Of a stretch of 64,000 nt of DNA, positions 1 through 13,420 are shown piece after piece. Source of the stretch: Tubulanus polymorphus. Lineage: Eukaryota > Animalia > Nemertea. Location of the stretch: assembly GCF_964204645.1 (NCBI RefSeq), contig NC_134030.1, forward strand, positions 22,776,210 to 22,840,209, read 5' to 3'. Made by a program: the position numbers and the translations under genes. Under the pieces are notes generated by a model. It was not told the DNA's origin and did not search any database. It saw only the letters and a program-made list of their open reading frames with translations. How positions within the stretch are numbered: position 1 is the first letter of the stretch; the number at the start of each line of letters is the position of its first letter.

Positions 1-162
1 AACTATCTGAACTCCTATAATTGTATAATAATCTTGGATGAAATGATGATGAAAATAAAATTATCATTATCATTATTATCAATGTGATAAGATCTTTAGA
101 GGCATCTGTTTTGATTCAGAGCCATGTGTTACGCATATAGCTGTATAACCACTGGCCAAGTG

Positions 163-1611
163 TACTTTTGGTATAAAGTTTAACGTGTGCAACTATAGAT
201 TAGTAAAAGTGCAAGCAAGTTACGCAGTGTCATCGGTTCAATTGTCGGCTCAATATCAAACATAGCCACGTGAAGACGCCATGTTTTAAGCGTTAAACTA
301 AGAATGTTTATAAGTCATCACAGTTTGTTCACGGTTTGTATCGATGTGAATATTTGTTTATTTATCTATTTGTTTTCAGTTGACGAGTGTTTGGGTGAAT
401 GCACTAAAACAATGAGTGATAAATGGAATACTGGTGAGTTACTCCCCTCATGAGTAACCCTTTATGAGAGGTACTCATGAGTAACCCTCATAAGTACCTC
501 TCATAAGTACTCCTCATGAGTACCTCTCATGAGTACCCCTTATGATCAGTACCTGTATTCATACCTGACATCTTGAGTACAATTTGAGTACAGGACCTAA
601 ATACAAATCGTAATTTGGGTGCCTGAGTACCAAAGCTATTGGACCTTGAATTAGTGACGGGATATGTCATTGTAGTGAGTACATGAAGTACCAAATACAG
701 ATACTCAACTGAGTACCCGGTCCCGTTACCTGAATCGTTTAAATGATGTAATGATCAGAAATCATGAAGTTGAAACAAACGGCAAACTAAATCAGATTTC
801 TGTGAGCTTATATTTCATGTTTTAATATTTTTAGACGATTTTAAGGGGCGCAACATGATTTTAGAGACAGGTAAATATTCCGTATATAATTCACATAGGG
901 CCGGTTCATCACTACTCAAAGTTAATACTAGTCTAAGACGATATCAGTTCTACAACCGATCTCACAACTTTAAGACGAATTGTGAACTTAGGTTTCGACT
1001 ATGGAACCTGGTTCAATCACAAACCAGTTTTTATCTTAAAAATCTATTTGATTTTCTATCTATTACCATGAATTTTTTTCAATCAAGCACAAACGTTTCA
1101 ATGAAAGTAATGAGTTAGGAGTCTAGATCCCTCCTAATCCCTGAACTCCTAAGACTTGACTCCTAAGCTGAGTCTTGAAATGGGCTAAATCCAACAAAAA
1201 ATATAAAATATAGCTGCGAAGCAGCGCTAACGGGTTTTCTGACAAGCCATGCGGCCAAAACAAAAGGAATAAGAGAAGATAAAAATATTTCATTTGCGGA
1301 ATTCGAACTCGATGTGGCACCTTCAGAAATAAAAAAATTATTGCCGGGGATTCGAACCAGTTATAACTGCATAAAATAAAAAAATAAAAACACTCGTCAA
1401 CTGAAAACAAACAAATAAATAAATAAATTTTGACATCGATGCAAACTGTGACAAAACAGTGATGACTTATAAACATTCTTAGTTTAACACTTAAAACACG
1501 GCGTCTTCACGTGGCTATGATTAAGCGGACAATTGAACCGATGATACTGCGTAACTTGCTTGCACTTTTACTAATCTATAGTTGCACACTTTAAACTTTA
1601 TACCAAAAGTA
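163..1611. repeat. ~230 bp inverted duplication (163-392 vs 1388-1611)
   Basis: 1388-1611 is a diverged reverse complement of 163-392 (e.g. tacttttggtataaagttt / aaactttataccaaaagta). The left arm includes the acceptor of exon 380-433. Confidence 0.9.
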
Positions 1612-1844
1612 TGAGTGAATATAAGTTTATGATTGAATATCTAAGCAGAAGACAATTCTATTGTGTTCACTATTGTATTTCGTATTATGTTTATATTGTA
1701 GGGCGAAGTAGTGAAATGTCTGACGATGGTGGAGTAAGTCAGCGGCCATCAAGAGGTTATGGCCGGTCACCTGATGTTGGACAAGGTCAATCTAGTGGTG
1801 ATAGTAACGTAATGAGTGGTTATGGTAGATCGAGCTATCGTTGA
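380..1844 (+). CDS. 3' end of an upstream type-B receptor copy (B0); exons 380-433, 835-870 and terminal exon 1702-1844 (GRSSEMSDDGGVSQRPSRGYGRSPDVGQGQSSGDSNVMSGYGRSSYR*)
   Basis: Exons have AG/GT flanks, are phase 1, and the internal two are 54 and 36 nt. They are homologous to B1 exons 29413-29454 and 29832-29867 and to B2 exons at ~58866 and 59257. The terminal exon lies in ORF 1611..1844. The rest of the gene is upstream of the window. Confidence 0.7.
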
Positions 1845-2664
1845 TATCTGTCTGATTTTTCTATGCTTGAAACAAGTGCGATTTTTTTTTTGAAAAGAAA
1901 AAATTATCGATGAAGGAAAAAAATTCGATTAAAAGAGAAATCACTGTAGTTTGTTTTATTGATAAATAAATTAGTATTTAGGAAATATCCAGAGATTGAT
2001 TTTTGCTCTTATTTCTTATGCTTTTATTTCTTGTAAAAAACGAATTATATAAATATTACTCGTTTTCCGCGTCTAATCTATTTTCTTCCGCTAAAACCTG
2101 ATTTTGTTTTGCTGTAGTCTGTGGAGGTTCGAAGTCATCAGATTTCACTACTGAAATATACATTGTTACTGAATTATAGTTTATATGAAATACAGTGTAA
2201 CTGAATTATAGTGTAGATGAAATACAGTGCGGACTTTTGCGAAATCTTGTCAGAATACTGAACGCTCAATTTGTAAAAAGATGCGTAAGATTATCAAGGA
2301 TTAAAAGTCACGAAGCTACCGACTGCACAGCTGCACCAGCGATGTTCTAACTAATATAGCACCAACCAGCAGATTTATACTGAGGCTGTCTTGAAATGTG
2401 TTCCGTAAATTTGTATGTATTCAAATAAAAACTACGTTAATGAAAATAATAAACAAAATCTATATTCATTATTTTCATTAGATATATATCTAATAAAATG
2501 AATTATTGACCTTAAGATTATATCTACTTACACTACATCCAGAAGAAGGGGGATTTTTACCTACTTTGAAGAATTGGGGATTTTTACCGAGGAGATTTTA
2601 CCGATGGGATTTTACCAAGGGGATGTTTACCTAGGGGATTTTACCTGGGGGGCTTTTACCGCTA

Positions 2665-3692
2665 ACCCTCAACACATGTTAAGTATTGGCGATCAGTTTT
2701 TGAAAGTGAGCTGATAAAAGGTCTAATATCTGGTGTTTGTAGTTTCTCTTCAATTAGAAGGTGATATTTTTAATTAAAAATGTCTCAGATGAAGCACTGA
2801 ACACATGTGAAGTGTGGATGATCAGTTTTTGAAAGTGAGCTGATAAAATGTCTAATATCTGGTGTATTTTGATAAAATGTCTAATGTCAAGTGTTTTTAG
2901 TTCATTATCAATTAGAAATGTCTCAGGTGAAGCACTGAGCACATGTGAAGTGTGGATGATCAGTTTTTGAAAGTGAGCTGATAAGATGTCTAATATCTGG
3001 TGTATTTTGATAAAATGTCTAATATCTGGTGTTTGTAGTTCATTTTCAATTAAAAATGTCTCAGGTGAAGCACTGAACACATGTGAAGTGTGGACGATCA
3101 GTTTCTGAAAGTGTGCTGTTAAAATGTCTAATGCCTGGTGTTTGTAGTTCATTTTCAATTAAAAATGTCTCAGATGAAGCACTGAACACATGTGAAGTGT
3201 GGACGATCAGTTTTTGAAAGTGTGCTGTTAAAATGTCTAATGTCTGGTGTTTGTAGTTCATTTTCAATTAAAAATGTCTCAGATGAAGCACTGAACACAT
3301 GTGAAGTGTGGACGATCAGTTTTTAAAAGTGTGCTGATAAAATGTCTAATATCTGGTGTTTGTAGCTCATTTTCAATTGAAAATGTCTCAAGTGAAGCAC
3401 TGAACACATGTGAAGTGTGGACGATCAGTTTTTAAAAGTGTGCTGTTAAGATGTCTAATGTCTGGTGTTTGTAGTTCATTTTCAATTAAAAATGTCTCAG
3501 ATGAAGCACTGAACACATGTGAAGTGTGGACGATCAGTTTTTAAAAGTGTGCTGTTAAAATGTCTAATGCCTGGTGTTTGTAGCTCATTTTCAATTGAAA
3601 ATGTCTCAAGTGAAGCACTGAACACATGTGAAGTGTGGACGATCAGTTTTTAAAAGTGTGCTGTTAAAATGTCTAATGCCTGGTGTTTGTAG
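2665..3692. repeat. Minisatellite, ~109 bp unit (some units ~28 bp longer), about 9 copies
   Basis: gaagcactgaacacatgtgaagtgtgg recurs at 3067, 3176, 3285, 3394, 3503 and 3612. The minus-strand ORFs here are repeat artefacts. Confidence 0.95.
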
Positions 3693-4572
3693 CCACTATT
3701 ACCAAAACGTAAGCTAGAATTTAGAATATTACGAAAAATAATGTTCGTGTTCTCATCATGATAGTAGATATATATTTTGATGGAATTTATAATAAACCGG
3801 TTGATAGCTGCGTGCGTACTCCACTAGTTGAAGCCGTTATCACCGGCGCTTCGATTTAAAAACATTAAAATCACACTGCGTGTTTACGGGCCCTGACGAG
3901 AGAGATATAACATTTTTGTGCTGATAAAGTATGGATAACTAAGCCTACCGGTACACACTAGTTATACAAAATGATTAACAACCCAATCAGATCCAATCCG
4001 ATCATCGGTGGAACATCTCCCATCAATCTGATTGATATATTGAATCATATCAGTTAAAATTGCGCTTATTTTTGACCGAAGAAATGAACATAAATTACAC
4101 GGTAATTACAAAATATGGCTGACACAAGGAGCCTTGGTCGTAACGATGGCGTCGAATGCGATTGGATTGTTGATGAATGACATCTACATACAGTTATATA
4201 GCAAGAGATTTGTACAATAAAAAATACTTCCTGCATCCATAGACGACCTGAAATAATTTCAAGAGTTCGAGTCTCTTATTGTTCTAGCCAACTAAACAAA
4301 AAGGTGCATTTTATTTACTTAGTGAAGTTTTATCTCGTCCGATGACTGTTCAAATCTTCCGCATCAATCAGGAGACTCAATTTTTATAGATACGGTCATT
4401 TCGTTCGATGCGACTTAAAAAGAGAGGCGAGTGTTCTCGCTCGTGAGCGTCGTTTACTAAACAGAAATGTTTCCAATGAAGAGAAACATCATTTGATTCA
4501 TTAAACAAAGAAACTGGTTTCTATCTGTGCGCAGAATTTAACTGGGAGGTTCAGAGAACCAGAATCCTGAGA

Positions 4573-7500
4573 ATGATGTTGAAGAACTGCGTCGTAGTTT
4601 TACTACAACTGGGAAATATACACAGTACAGAATTGTCTCGAATGAAGAGAGATGAGAAAAGTAAGTTATTCAAATTATCAGTGACTCTTTCCTCTTGTTT
4701 AGTTTACGCGTAGTATAATCGTTCCACAAACTTAAAACATATCAATTATTTTCAGGTGTCCCACATATTGAACCTTACCCAGTTCCCACGGGTCGACTCG
4801 ACCGGAAAACCCAAGGAGACGAGATAGTTTATAAATGCAAACTACTGTTTGAAAAGTCGGATCGTTCGTTGATATTTCAACAGAAGAGTCGAGGTTCTGA
4901 ATCATGGGGTCCGGTTCGAGGTGATATACAACTTCACAGTTATAACGATAACACCTTAGTTTACGCGAATTTGAGCTTCACAGCAGATTTCAAGCTACAC
5001 AATGGATCATCATTTAGATGTCTTGTAAAGGATAATCCTACAGATCCGAAGCCGGTCCAGTTCGATACAATCGTAGTTCGTGGTAAGTAACAGTTCATTT
5101 CCTTATTGTTATCTCAAACGAGGGGAATTTACAATCAATCAATCAATCAATGCATCTATAACTTGTTGATATTTCATTATCAGTAAGGAAGTTATCAGGC
5201 GCTATTTTCAGGCAATCAAACACGATGGTTTTTAATCCAAAAATAGTTGAACATTTCCATGAAAAAAGCATTATCTGCGCATGCACAAAAATCGACGGTC
5301 AACGTTTCTATGGAGATTTTTGTACAAAATGCAGTATCAACAAAATCCTCAGATAAAACTATATCTTCAATGAAAAATTCCAACATATATCTCAAAAAAT
5401 AAAAAAATCAATAACGCAAAATGTGTGTAATCGAGTGTGTAATCAAGCGAATATTTCATTTTATATCAGCCCCCTTTTATATTGGTCTCAGATTTAGCAG
5501 ATTCGGTTTGTCGAACAATGGAATGTGGAGAACAGTGTCATTTTGTTCGTGATGGTTTTAATAATCAGAACAAATAAACTTTTTAAACTTCATCATTCAT
5601 CTTCAAATCAACAACAAAGTAATAACAGTTTATTGTTCATCTCATTATTTTTATAAACGTCGAATGAAACATGAAGTGACTTTTCAGAATTCATATTGCT
5701 GCTGTCATAGTTGAAATTGTCGACTGTTAGACGCGAGGTACGGAAATCGTAGCCTGATTTCTATTCTATTTTCATTTCAGGTAATACAACTTCTGACCTA
5801 CCAAAGGTGAGTATCTGGCCGTCAAACCCACAATATTGTTAAACTGTGTCCAGAAACAAATAAAACCCATTCAACATTGAAAAATGGGTTCATCGTCAAA
5901 TAAAACTAGCAATAACTGTGGAACTTAGTATCCAGGGTAAAATAAAATGCACTATTAAATCCTTAGACGTTTTATAATAGCTAAATACAAGTATGATGTT
6001 TTTTCAGCGCATTTAGAATCGTTACGGGTTGATTGTTGTTGATGATCGCAGTGACCAGTTCACAATATGCGATAAAATGGTCGTTCATAATAGCAATTTC
6101 ATGATTCTTACATCTTTCAGACTACATCAGACCTCCATCACCGAACTATTGTGATACTTTACATCACGTGTGGAGCGACTGCATTCATTTTGATCGTTCT
6201 CATCGCAGTATTCACTACTCGCAGGTACGAACTCGACTGGAAAACAGTTTCAGTTCAGTTTATTCACTCCACAAGTTATAATAAAATTGCACAGAGCACA
6301 AAAGTAGCGCATAGATTACAGCATATTACAAAAATATAATGATATTATTAATAATGATTATATTAATAATAATAACAATTATGATAATAGTAAAAATAAT
6401 AATACTAATAGTGATAGCAGTAATATAATACTTATAATAATAATAATTATAATTATAATGAAATTATAATGCAAAGATGAGGCGGAATTGTCGTATCGAG
6501 ATCCGATAATTATACACTATATTAGGTAAATGATTTGATACCTTTTTGATAAATATCGCCAGATTGAGCAAAGTTTTACAGCTCGAACAGAAAAGGTTAT
6601 GTAGGGTATTTTCATTGGGATGTCGCCAGTAGTAACTAGGTATAAATTTGTCTCAGGCTTTGAAAAAAGGGACATACTAAAAGAAAATGGAATTCGTCTC
6701 CAGTTGCTGCCAAATTACATTTCTGACAAATTCTATGGTTTCGCTCAATCTGGCGATATCTACCGATTTCAATAGGTAACTTATGGTTTGAGCATCTGAA
6801 TCGACACAAGGCTTGGTGGAGTCTGGGGGGTAATACGGGTACACAGTACCGGCTTACATACGTACATACATACGGGAACACGGCATACACTGGGGCCGGT
6901 TTCACAAAGCGTAATTAACCCTTAATTATGATTAAATCAGTAATCATGATTAAATTATCATGATAATCAAGTTAGGTGTTTCACAAAACGTAATAAACCC
7001 TTAATTATGATTAAATCACTAATCATGATTAAATCAAGTTAGGTGTTTCACAAAACGTAATTAACTTTAATTATAATTAAGTTAATTACAAAATTTAATT
7101 CCCCTCTAGAGTGTAAATAAACCATTCAATCATCATTAGTTTATTATTGAAAACAAAAGCTGCAGATATTATTCATGGAATTTGGTGTTTATTAATTGAC
7201 GAAGGCAATTCCTACACTTATTCCTAGTTTTTCAGATTGTTTGGCTGAATAATTTGGATTTTTTGCCTTTTGTAAAAATAATACCCTAAATTTTATTGAT
7301 TTATTTTCAAACATCCTATGTTTTTGTCAGCACGACCACCACATACTTAGAAGTATTGAATTAATTGATTTTGTCCATAGATTTCTGTCCGTAGAGTACA
7401 TATCTATGGAGTTATGGTGTTAAAAAGTATCACTGCTCGGAAATAAACCCCAAGGATTATATTTCGCTGACTGGAGGTGAGTTTCTATTTAGAAACTTTA

Positions 7501-10500
7501 GAGACATCTTGCTATGTTGTTCAACTTGTTCCTGAGACTTTCAGATAAAACTTTTACTCCCAAAGGAGTGAATTTCTCTTTTCCTCTAAACAAGGAAGGT
7601 TGTTAATGCTTGGACAGGAAACGGCTGTCTAAAAGTTCCGCCATTTTGATACAGTTAAATTGTAATTAAGTTGCCTAATTATGTAATAGTTAATTTTGTA
7701 ATTAAACCCTTTCTTGAAACACAATTTTAATCGTTATTAACTAATCATGATTAAAAAAATTTAGGTCCTAATTATAATTAAAAGTTAATTATGCTTTGTG
7801 AAACCGGTCCCCTGCTGATTATTATCATGTGTTTACTATTTACTAGCAAATTCTTCAAAAAATTATCTCCTTTCGGCCAATCTGATTACTATAAAAGAGG
7901 AAGTCAAAATACAGTTTACTCGCAGACCGGTAGGTGCTGCCACCTATGCATATGGCAAAGCGAACCAAGATTGACTTACAAAACTTCAAAACACGGTTCA
8001 AGGCCCATCACGATTTATCCTTAATTATTGAGGCCACACGAATAACTTGAGCTAAAACCTGACGGCCGAGGAAAACCGATACCGGTATTCACCCAGTGGG
8101 TGGAAAAAAACCAAAAACGCCAACACGCATGCGCAAACTAAAAAATTACCCTAAAACAATGGATCCGGACTCGACTAGGAACCGGACAAATAAAACACCG
8201 GCAAAACTATTACAATCATCGCCTTTTTTGAAGTTTTGCTGAATCTAGAAATATTCTGTCGCCAAGTCAAATATGTTTCAAAAGAAGTGCACGCTGTGCT
8301 GACCGCCTACTAATACAAACGCATCTGGTTGATTAGCAAACGTCAAATCGTAGGCAGAAACTTTTCTGCGGTTTTTAATAGATTTCCAGCGAGCTTTTGA
8401 TAGTGGTCTACCCGAGGCCTTGTTTATCAAGTCAATTAGAGGCGGAATTAATGGTTATTTTTATAGGACAGTGAAAGATCATGTACAGTCATGCTGTGTC
8501 ACAGGTTCAGAATAAATCTCATCTATCTGCACCTTTCCCAGTTAAAGAAGGGGTGTATCAGGGTACTATACTAAGCCCACTGCCTTTTGATATTTTCATT
8601 AATGACGCATCCGAGATACTAACTACAAAGATGTCTTACGTAATTCTATGCTGAAAGAATTAATACACATTTCAGATCCAGACGTTCGTTCGATGAAGGT
8701 CATGGTCATGTGGAGACTTCAACACTACCTCAACAGCTCGAAGCAACCGATGTATTGTTAAACGTCTACGAAGATCCTGATGATGGTAATGATGATGATT
8801 CAAACGGAAAACCTGTGAGAAATACTGAAACTGGATTACAACATAACATACAAACTCCTAACGCCATGAGAGCCGAGAAGGGCAAGGACACAACTCCGTA
8901 CATGGATATGGGAGCCGGAAAGGCAGCTACTTTGAAAAAAGTTTCAACTCCTTTCATGAATATGGAAGCCGAGAAGGTCAAAGATACAACTCCATACATG
9001 AATGTGGGAGCCGGGAAGGCAGCTACTTTGAAAAAAGTTTCAACTCCTTTCATGAATATGGAAGCCGAGAAGGTCAAAGATACAACTCCATACATGGATA
9101 TGGGAGCCGGGAAGGCGGCAAGTCTGGAGAGAGATACAGCTACAAACATGGATTTGAAAATAGATGATAATGAAATTTATTCTTACGCTCTTGTTGAATT
9201 TGATCTCAGGAAAAATGCGATAGAATTTCAGAACACATCATTTCATCAAGCTATGGAAGCCGGGCGGGGCAAAGATACAAATCCTTACATGGATATGGAA
9301 GCCGGGAAGGCAGCGAGTTTGAAAGAAGTTTCAACTCCTTTCATGAAGACGGGAGCCGAGAAGGACAAAGACACAACTCCATACATGAATGTGGGAGCCG
9401 GGAAGACATCGAGTCTGAAGAAAGTTTCAACTCCTTTCATGAATATGGAAGCCGAGAAGGCCAAAGATACAACTCCATACATGGATATGGGAGCCGGGAA
9501 GGCAGCTACTTTGAAAAAAGTTTCATCTCCTTTCATGAATATGGAAGCCGAGAAGGTCAAAGACACAACTCCATACATGGATATGGGAGCCGGGAAGGCG
9601 GCTACTTTGAAAAAAGTTTCATCTCCTTTCATGGATATGGAAGCCGAGAAGGTCAAAGATACAACTCCATACATGAATATGGAAGCCGGGAAGGCAGCTA
9701 CTTTGAAAAAAGTTTCATCTCCTTTCATGGATATGGAAGCCGAGAAGGTCAAAGATACAACTCCATACATGAATATGGAAGCCGGGAAGGCAGCTACTTT
9801 GAAAAAAGTTTCATCTCCTTTCATGAATATGGAAGCCGAGAAGGTCAAAGATACAACTCCATACATGAATGTGGGAGCCGGGAAGGCAGCTACTTTGAAA
9901 AAAGTTTCATCTCCTTTCATGAATATGGAAGCCGAGAAGGTCAAAGATACAACTCCATACATGAATGTGGAAGCCGGGAAGGCAGCTACTTTGAAAAAAG
10001 TTTCAACTCCTTTCATGAATATGGAAGCCGAGAAGGTCAAAGATACAACTCCATACATGAATGTGGGAGCCGGGAAGGCAGCTACTTTGAAAAAAGTTTC
10101 AACTCCTTTCATGAATATGGCAGCCGAGAAGGACAAAGACACAACTCCTTACATGAATGTGGGAGCCGGGAAGGCAGCTACTTTGAAAAAAGTTTCATCT
10201 CCTTTCATGAATATGGAAGCCGAGAAGGACAAAGACACAACTCCTTACATGAATATGAAAGCTGGGAAGGCAGCTACTTTGAAAAAAGTTTCATCTCCTT
10301 TCATGGATATGGAAGCCGAGAAGGTCAAAGATACAACTCCATACATGAATGTGGGAGCCGGGAAGGCAGCTACTTTGAAAAAAGTTTCAACTCCTTTCAT
10401 GAATATGGCAGCCGAGAAGGACAAAGACACAACTCCTTACATGAATGTGGGAGCCGGGAAGGCAGCTACTTTGAAAAAAGTTTCATCTCCTTTCATGAAT

Positions 10501-10692
10501 ATGGAAGCCGAGAAGGACAAAGACACAACTCCTTACATGAATATGAAAGCTGGGAAGGCAGCGAGTTTGAAGAAAGTTTCAACTCCTTATATGAACTTGG
10601 GAGTCGAGAAGGTCAACGATACAACTCCATACATGGATATGGAAGCTGGGAAGTCGGTGAGTTTGAAGAAAAATACAATTCTACATAGATGA
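4573..10692 (+). CDS. Type-A receptor A1: single-pass membrane protein with one Ig-like domain and a cytoplasmic tyrosine-motif array (~853 aa); exons 4573-4660, 4756-5082, 5781-5806, 6121-6224, 8676-10692
   Basis: All junctions are GT-AG and join in frame (phases 1,1,0,2). Exon 1 MMLKNCVVVLLQLGNIHSTELSRMKRDEK is signal-like. Exon 2 is Ig-like (YKC...SWGP...NGSSFRCLV). Exon 4 is the TM IVILYITCGATAFILIVLIAVFTT followed by RR. The last exon continues into ORF 8710..10692. Structure matches A2. Confidence 0.85.
6530..6830 (-). mobile_element. Non-LTR retrotransposon (LINE) ORF2 C-terminal fragment
   Basis: Minus-strand peptide LCRFRCSNHKLPIEIGRY...RICQKC...GDEFHFLLVCP matches the Cys/His-rich C-terminus typical of invertebrate LINE ORF2. 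Confidence 0.8.
6892..7812. mobile_element. Non-autonomous DNA transposon (MITE), PIF/Harbinger-like
   Basis: ~28 bp terminal inverted repeats ggggccggtttcacaaagcgtaattaac / gttaattatgctttgtgaaaccggtccc, subterminal taattatgattaaa repeats, possible CTG target duplication. Not present in the A2 intron. Confidence 0.75.
8370..8625 (+). mobile_element. Degenerate LINE reverse transcriptase fragment
   Basis: ggggtgtatcagggtactatactaagcccactg...gatattttcattaatgac translates to GVYQGTILSPLxFDIFIND, the RT GVxQGxxLSPxLF motif. Confidence 0.7.
8870..10670 (+). repeat. Coding tandem repeat, 96 bp / 32 aa unit (DTTPYM[DN][MV][GE]AGKAATLKKVS[TS]PFM[ND]MEAEKVK)
   Basis: The 96 nt period is read directly (gtttcaactc at 8941 and 9037). 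The array is interrupted once at ~9130-9260. Confidence 0.95.
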
Positions 10693-11409
10693 ATTTGTAA
10701 GAAATTGTATGGACTTGGCGTCACTTGTGGAATTCGATCGCATTAAATCCACGAACGAAGAAAGTGATTGAATAGATGCCGGTCGTCAAGTTAACTGATT
10801 TACGGTCAATCGGAAAGTAGTAATAATCGATTCTACTAATCAAGTTTTTTTGCCGTATCGACAGAAAACCTATTGTTATTCGGATGATTATCAACATAAG
10901 GATGTTATGCTATATCGCAGAAAAGCAGGTTGTTATTCAGTTCATTATTATCATTAATGTATATTTTCCACTTATTTTTCGAAAATGAAATTCATCTATC
11001 AGATTCGATAAGTAGCCGCTTCTAAACGATACGTTGTATTCTGAAAGGATATAATGAATCAGCCGAAACGTTGCTCAGATATGAACTCTTCTATTCAGGT
11101 TTCTCATTTTTGGCTGTATTTATTGTGGAATTTCTCGCGTTTATTCTAAAAGGAATATAACAGTCTCTCTCATCTTGCAGATTATATGTATGTGCTGTCC
11201 ATCCTATATAAAACTTAAAATTACTTATTGTCAGACAACACTGGCGGAAATCTAGTACTGCAACTAGCTATCAGCATGTCCCTTCAGGAACCCCGCCGTA
11301 CTCCCGCAATCCTACGGTTTACCTGAAGAAACATATACGTCGAAAATACGCCGAGAAGAGAATTGCTCCGAGAATATCCAAATCAGGTCAGCATCCGTTC
11401 GTTGCTTTC

Positions 11410-12080
11410 CGTTCGTGACACTTTTTCTTCTTCTTCAGTTATATCTGGTTTCGAATCACCGGCGATTTATTTTGAAAATCGTCGAATCTTTCCAAAATAC
11501 GATATAATTTTACATATTTTTTGTACAAACAAGATTCTCGAAAAAGAACGCAGCATGGACTTATTGTAAATTTGTTTTTTTTCTCCTGTTTTCTTTTTTC
11601 CTGATTTTATTGTTTTGCATTTCCGCGATAAAATATTGATTTAATTTGATTTGAATTGAATTGACTGCTGTGGTGACACTTTTTTTATCTTCTTCAGTTA
11701 TATCTGGTTTCGAATTACCGGCAATTTATTTTGTTTACAATTTCTACAACTAATCAGAGTCCTAATTTTAAGCGTGTTCAATGCATAAAATCTCTCTATC
11801 AGTTCAAATGAAAGATGTAATGATTTGTTTTCTGTACCTTTCCAATGATTTATGATGGCATCAAATCGTCGAATCTTTCCAAAAATACGATAGAATTTTA
11901 CATGTATTTTATACAAACAAGATTAGTCGCATTACTTCTCGAAAAAGAACGCAGCATGAACTTATTGTAAATTTGTTTTTTTCTCTTGTTTTCTTTTTTC
12001 TTGATTTTATTGTTTTGCATTTTCACGAAAAAATATTGATTTAATTTGATTTGAATTGAATTGACTGCTGTGGTGACGGC
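11410..12080. repeat. Locally duplicated interspersed repeat (two diverged direct copies)
   Basis: tcttcttcagttatatctggtttcgaa and aatcgtcgaatctttccaaaa...ttgactgctgtggtgac each occur twice. Related sequence is at ~39480-39700. Confidence 0.7.
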
Positions 12081-12169
12081 GGGAATGGAGGCGATTTTTT
12101 TCAAAAGAGAGCTTCCGCCATTTTGTTCGCAGTTTGCTGTATTTGTAAAGAAATACACATGGAATCACT

Positions 12170-13420
12170 GAATGTATGGTCGAGTGTGTACAGTATGGCG
12201 TCACTGCATTAGTGCCACGAGCAATCATCTCAAGATTGGGAATGATGGCTTGTAGATTAGTGTAGCACGGCCATGTACCCGTGAAACAAATATCGAATGG
12301 TACCATCATTTGGCCCAACTTCGGGTGCTTCCTATAAACAGTCCGAGACATTTAGGCATGAATAGAGGTAGTACCACAGCCCTGTAAATCTTGACCATGG
12401 TCATTAATCCGATGCCGTGGTCATCCCAGAGACGGTGACGTAGCCGCCCAAAGGACGCGATATTGCCTTGACAATGCGTTGAATGACTTCTTGGTCAATA
12501 GTGGCCGAGTTATACAGATTAATTCCAAGATAGCAGGAACTTTTAACTGGTTAAAGAGCTGTACTCCAAACAAATGCTAGGGGGTCAACATGTATCTTGC
12601 CACGGGCTAGTTGGTACAATGCTTCTTTGTTAAAAATGTGAGACAAAAGCGTTTTGCTGCACGTGTTATGTATTGGATGTCCTAAAGCGTATGAGTGACC
12701 AGACCACAGTCTTCTGCAAATAATAGATCTCGGGTCAGTATTTCCAAAATCTGTAACTGGAAATGGATCCGACAGATTTCCAGAATCCTAGACCCTAGCC
12801 GTCATGCCATCATGGAAGGACCAGACGAAAAAATAAATTTATCCGGGCACCTTAACTTGTGTAGCAACTTCCAAAGACCATCACAATTTACAGTGTCGAA
12901 TGCCTTGGTAAGGTCAATAGAAACACATTTGCACCGGCCTGGTAGTAAATATCAACAGTACCCCGCCCTGCACGGAAACCGCACTGGGATTCAGGATAGC
13001 TCGACTCACCAGGTGAGTGATCATCCGGGCTATGATTGTCGGTAATTGACACCGGGGAAATACCCGGATGGTTACAGCAAGTCGCAGCTTTGCGTTTGTG
13101 CACAATAGAGATATCTTTCATGTCCTGCATGAAGAGGTTGCGGACCTCCATGCTTGAAGAATTGTCCGATGATGCCTGCTTAACAGCTGTTTGGACTTCT
13201 TGAAGTGATTGTGGTAAGTCAAGATCATGGGTGATGTCCCAATGAGGTATAATGATATTTGGTATTGTACGGGTAATTACAAACCTCTTGCGGACCTCCA
13301 TGCTTGAAGAATTGTCCGATGATGCCTGCTTAACAGCTGTTTGGACTTCTTGAAGTGATTGTGGTAAGTCAAGATCATGGGTGATGTCCCAATGAAGTGT
13401 AATGATATTTGGTACGGGTG
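12170..13420 (-). mobile_element. Degenerate RTE-clade LINE (reverse transcriptase remnant) with a ~150 bp internal duplication
   Basis: Minus-strand YPESQCGFRAGRGTVD and IDLTKAFDTV motifs with frameshifts. 13130-13265 is repeated at 13283-13415. Confidence 0.8.

Noticed and set aside
4225-4236. Conserved acttcctg (ETS-type site) upstream of A1 and of A2 (~34436)
   Set aside because: It is a short motif in recently duplicated DNA with unknown transcription start, so it is not distinguishable from chance.
11040-11075. Possible hammerhead motifs at ~11041 and ~51420
   Set aside because: The catalytic core is degenerate (no intact CUGAnGA).
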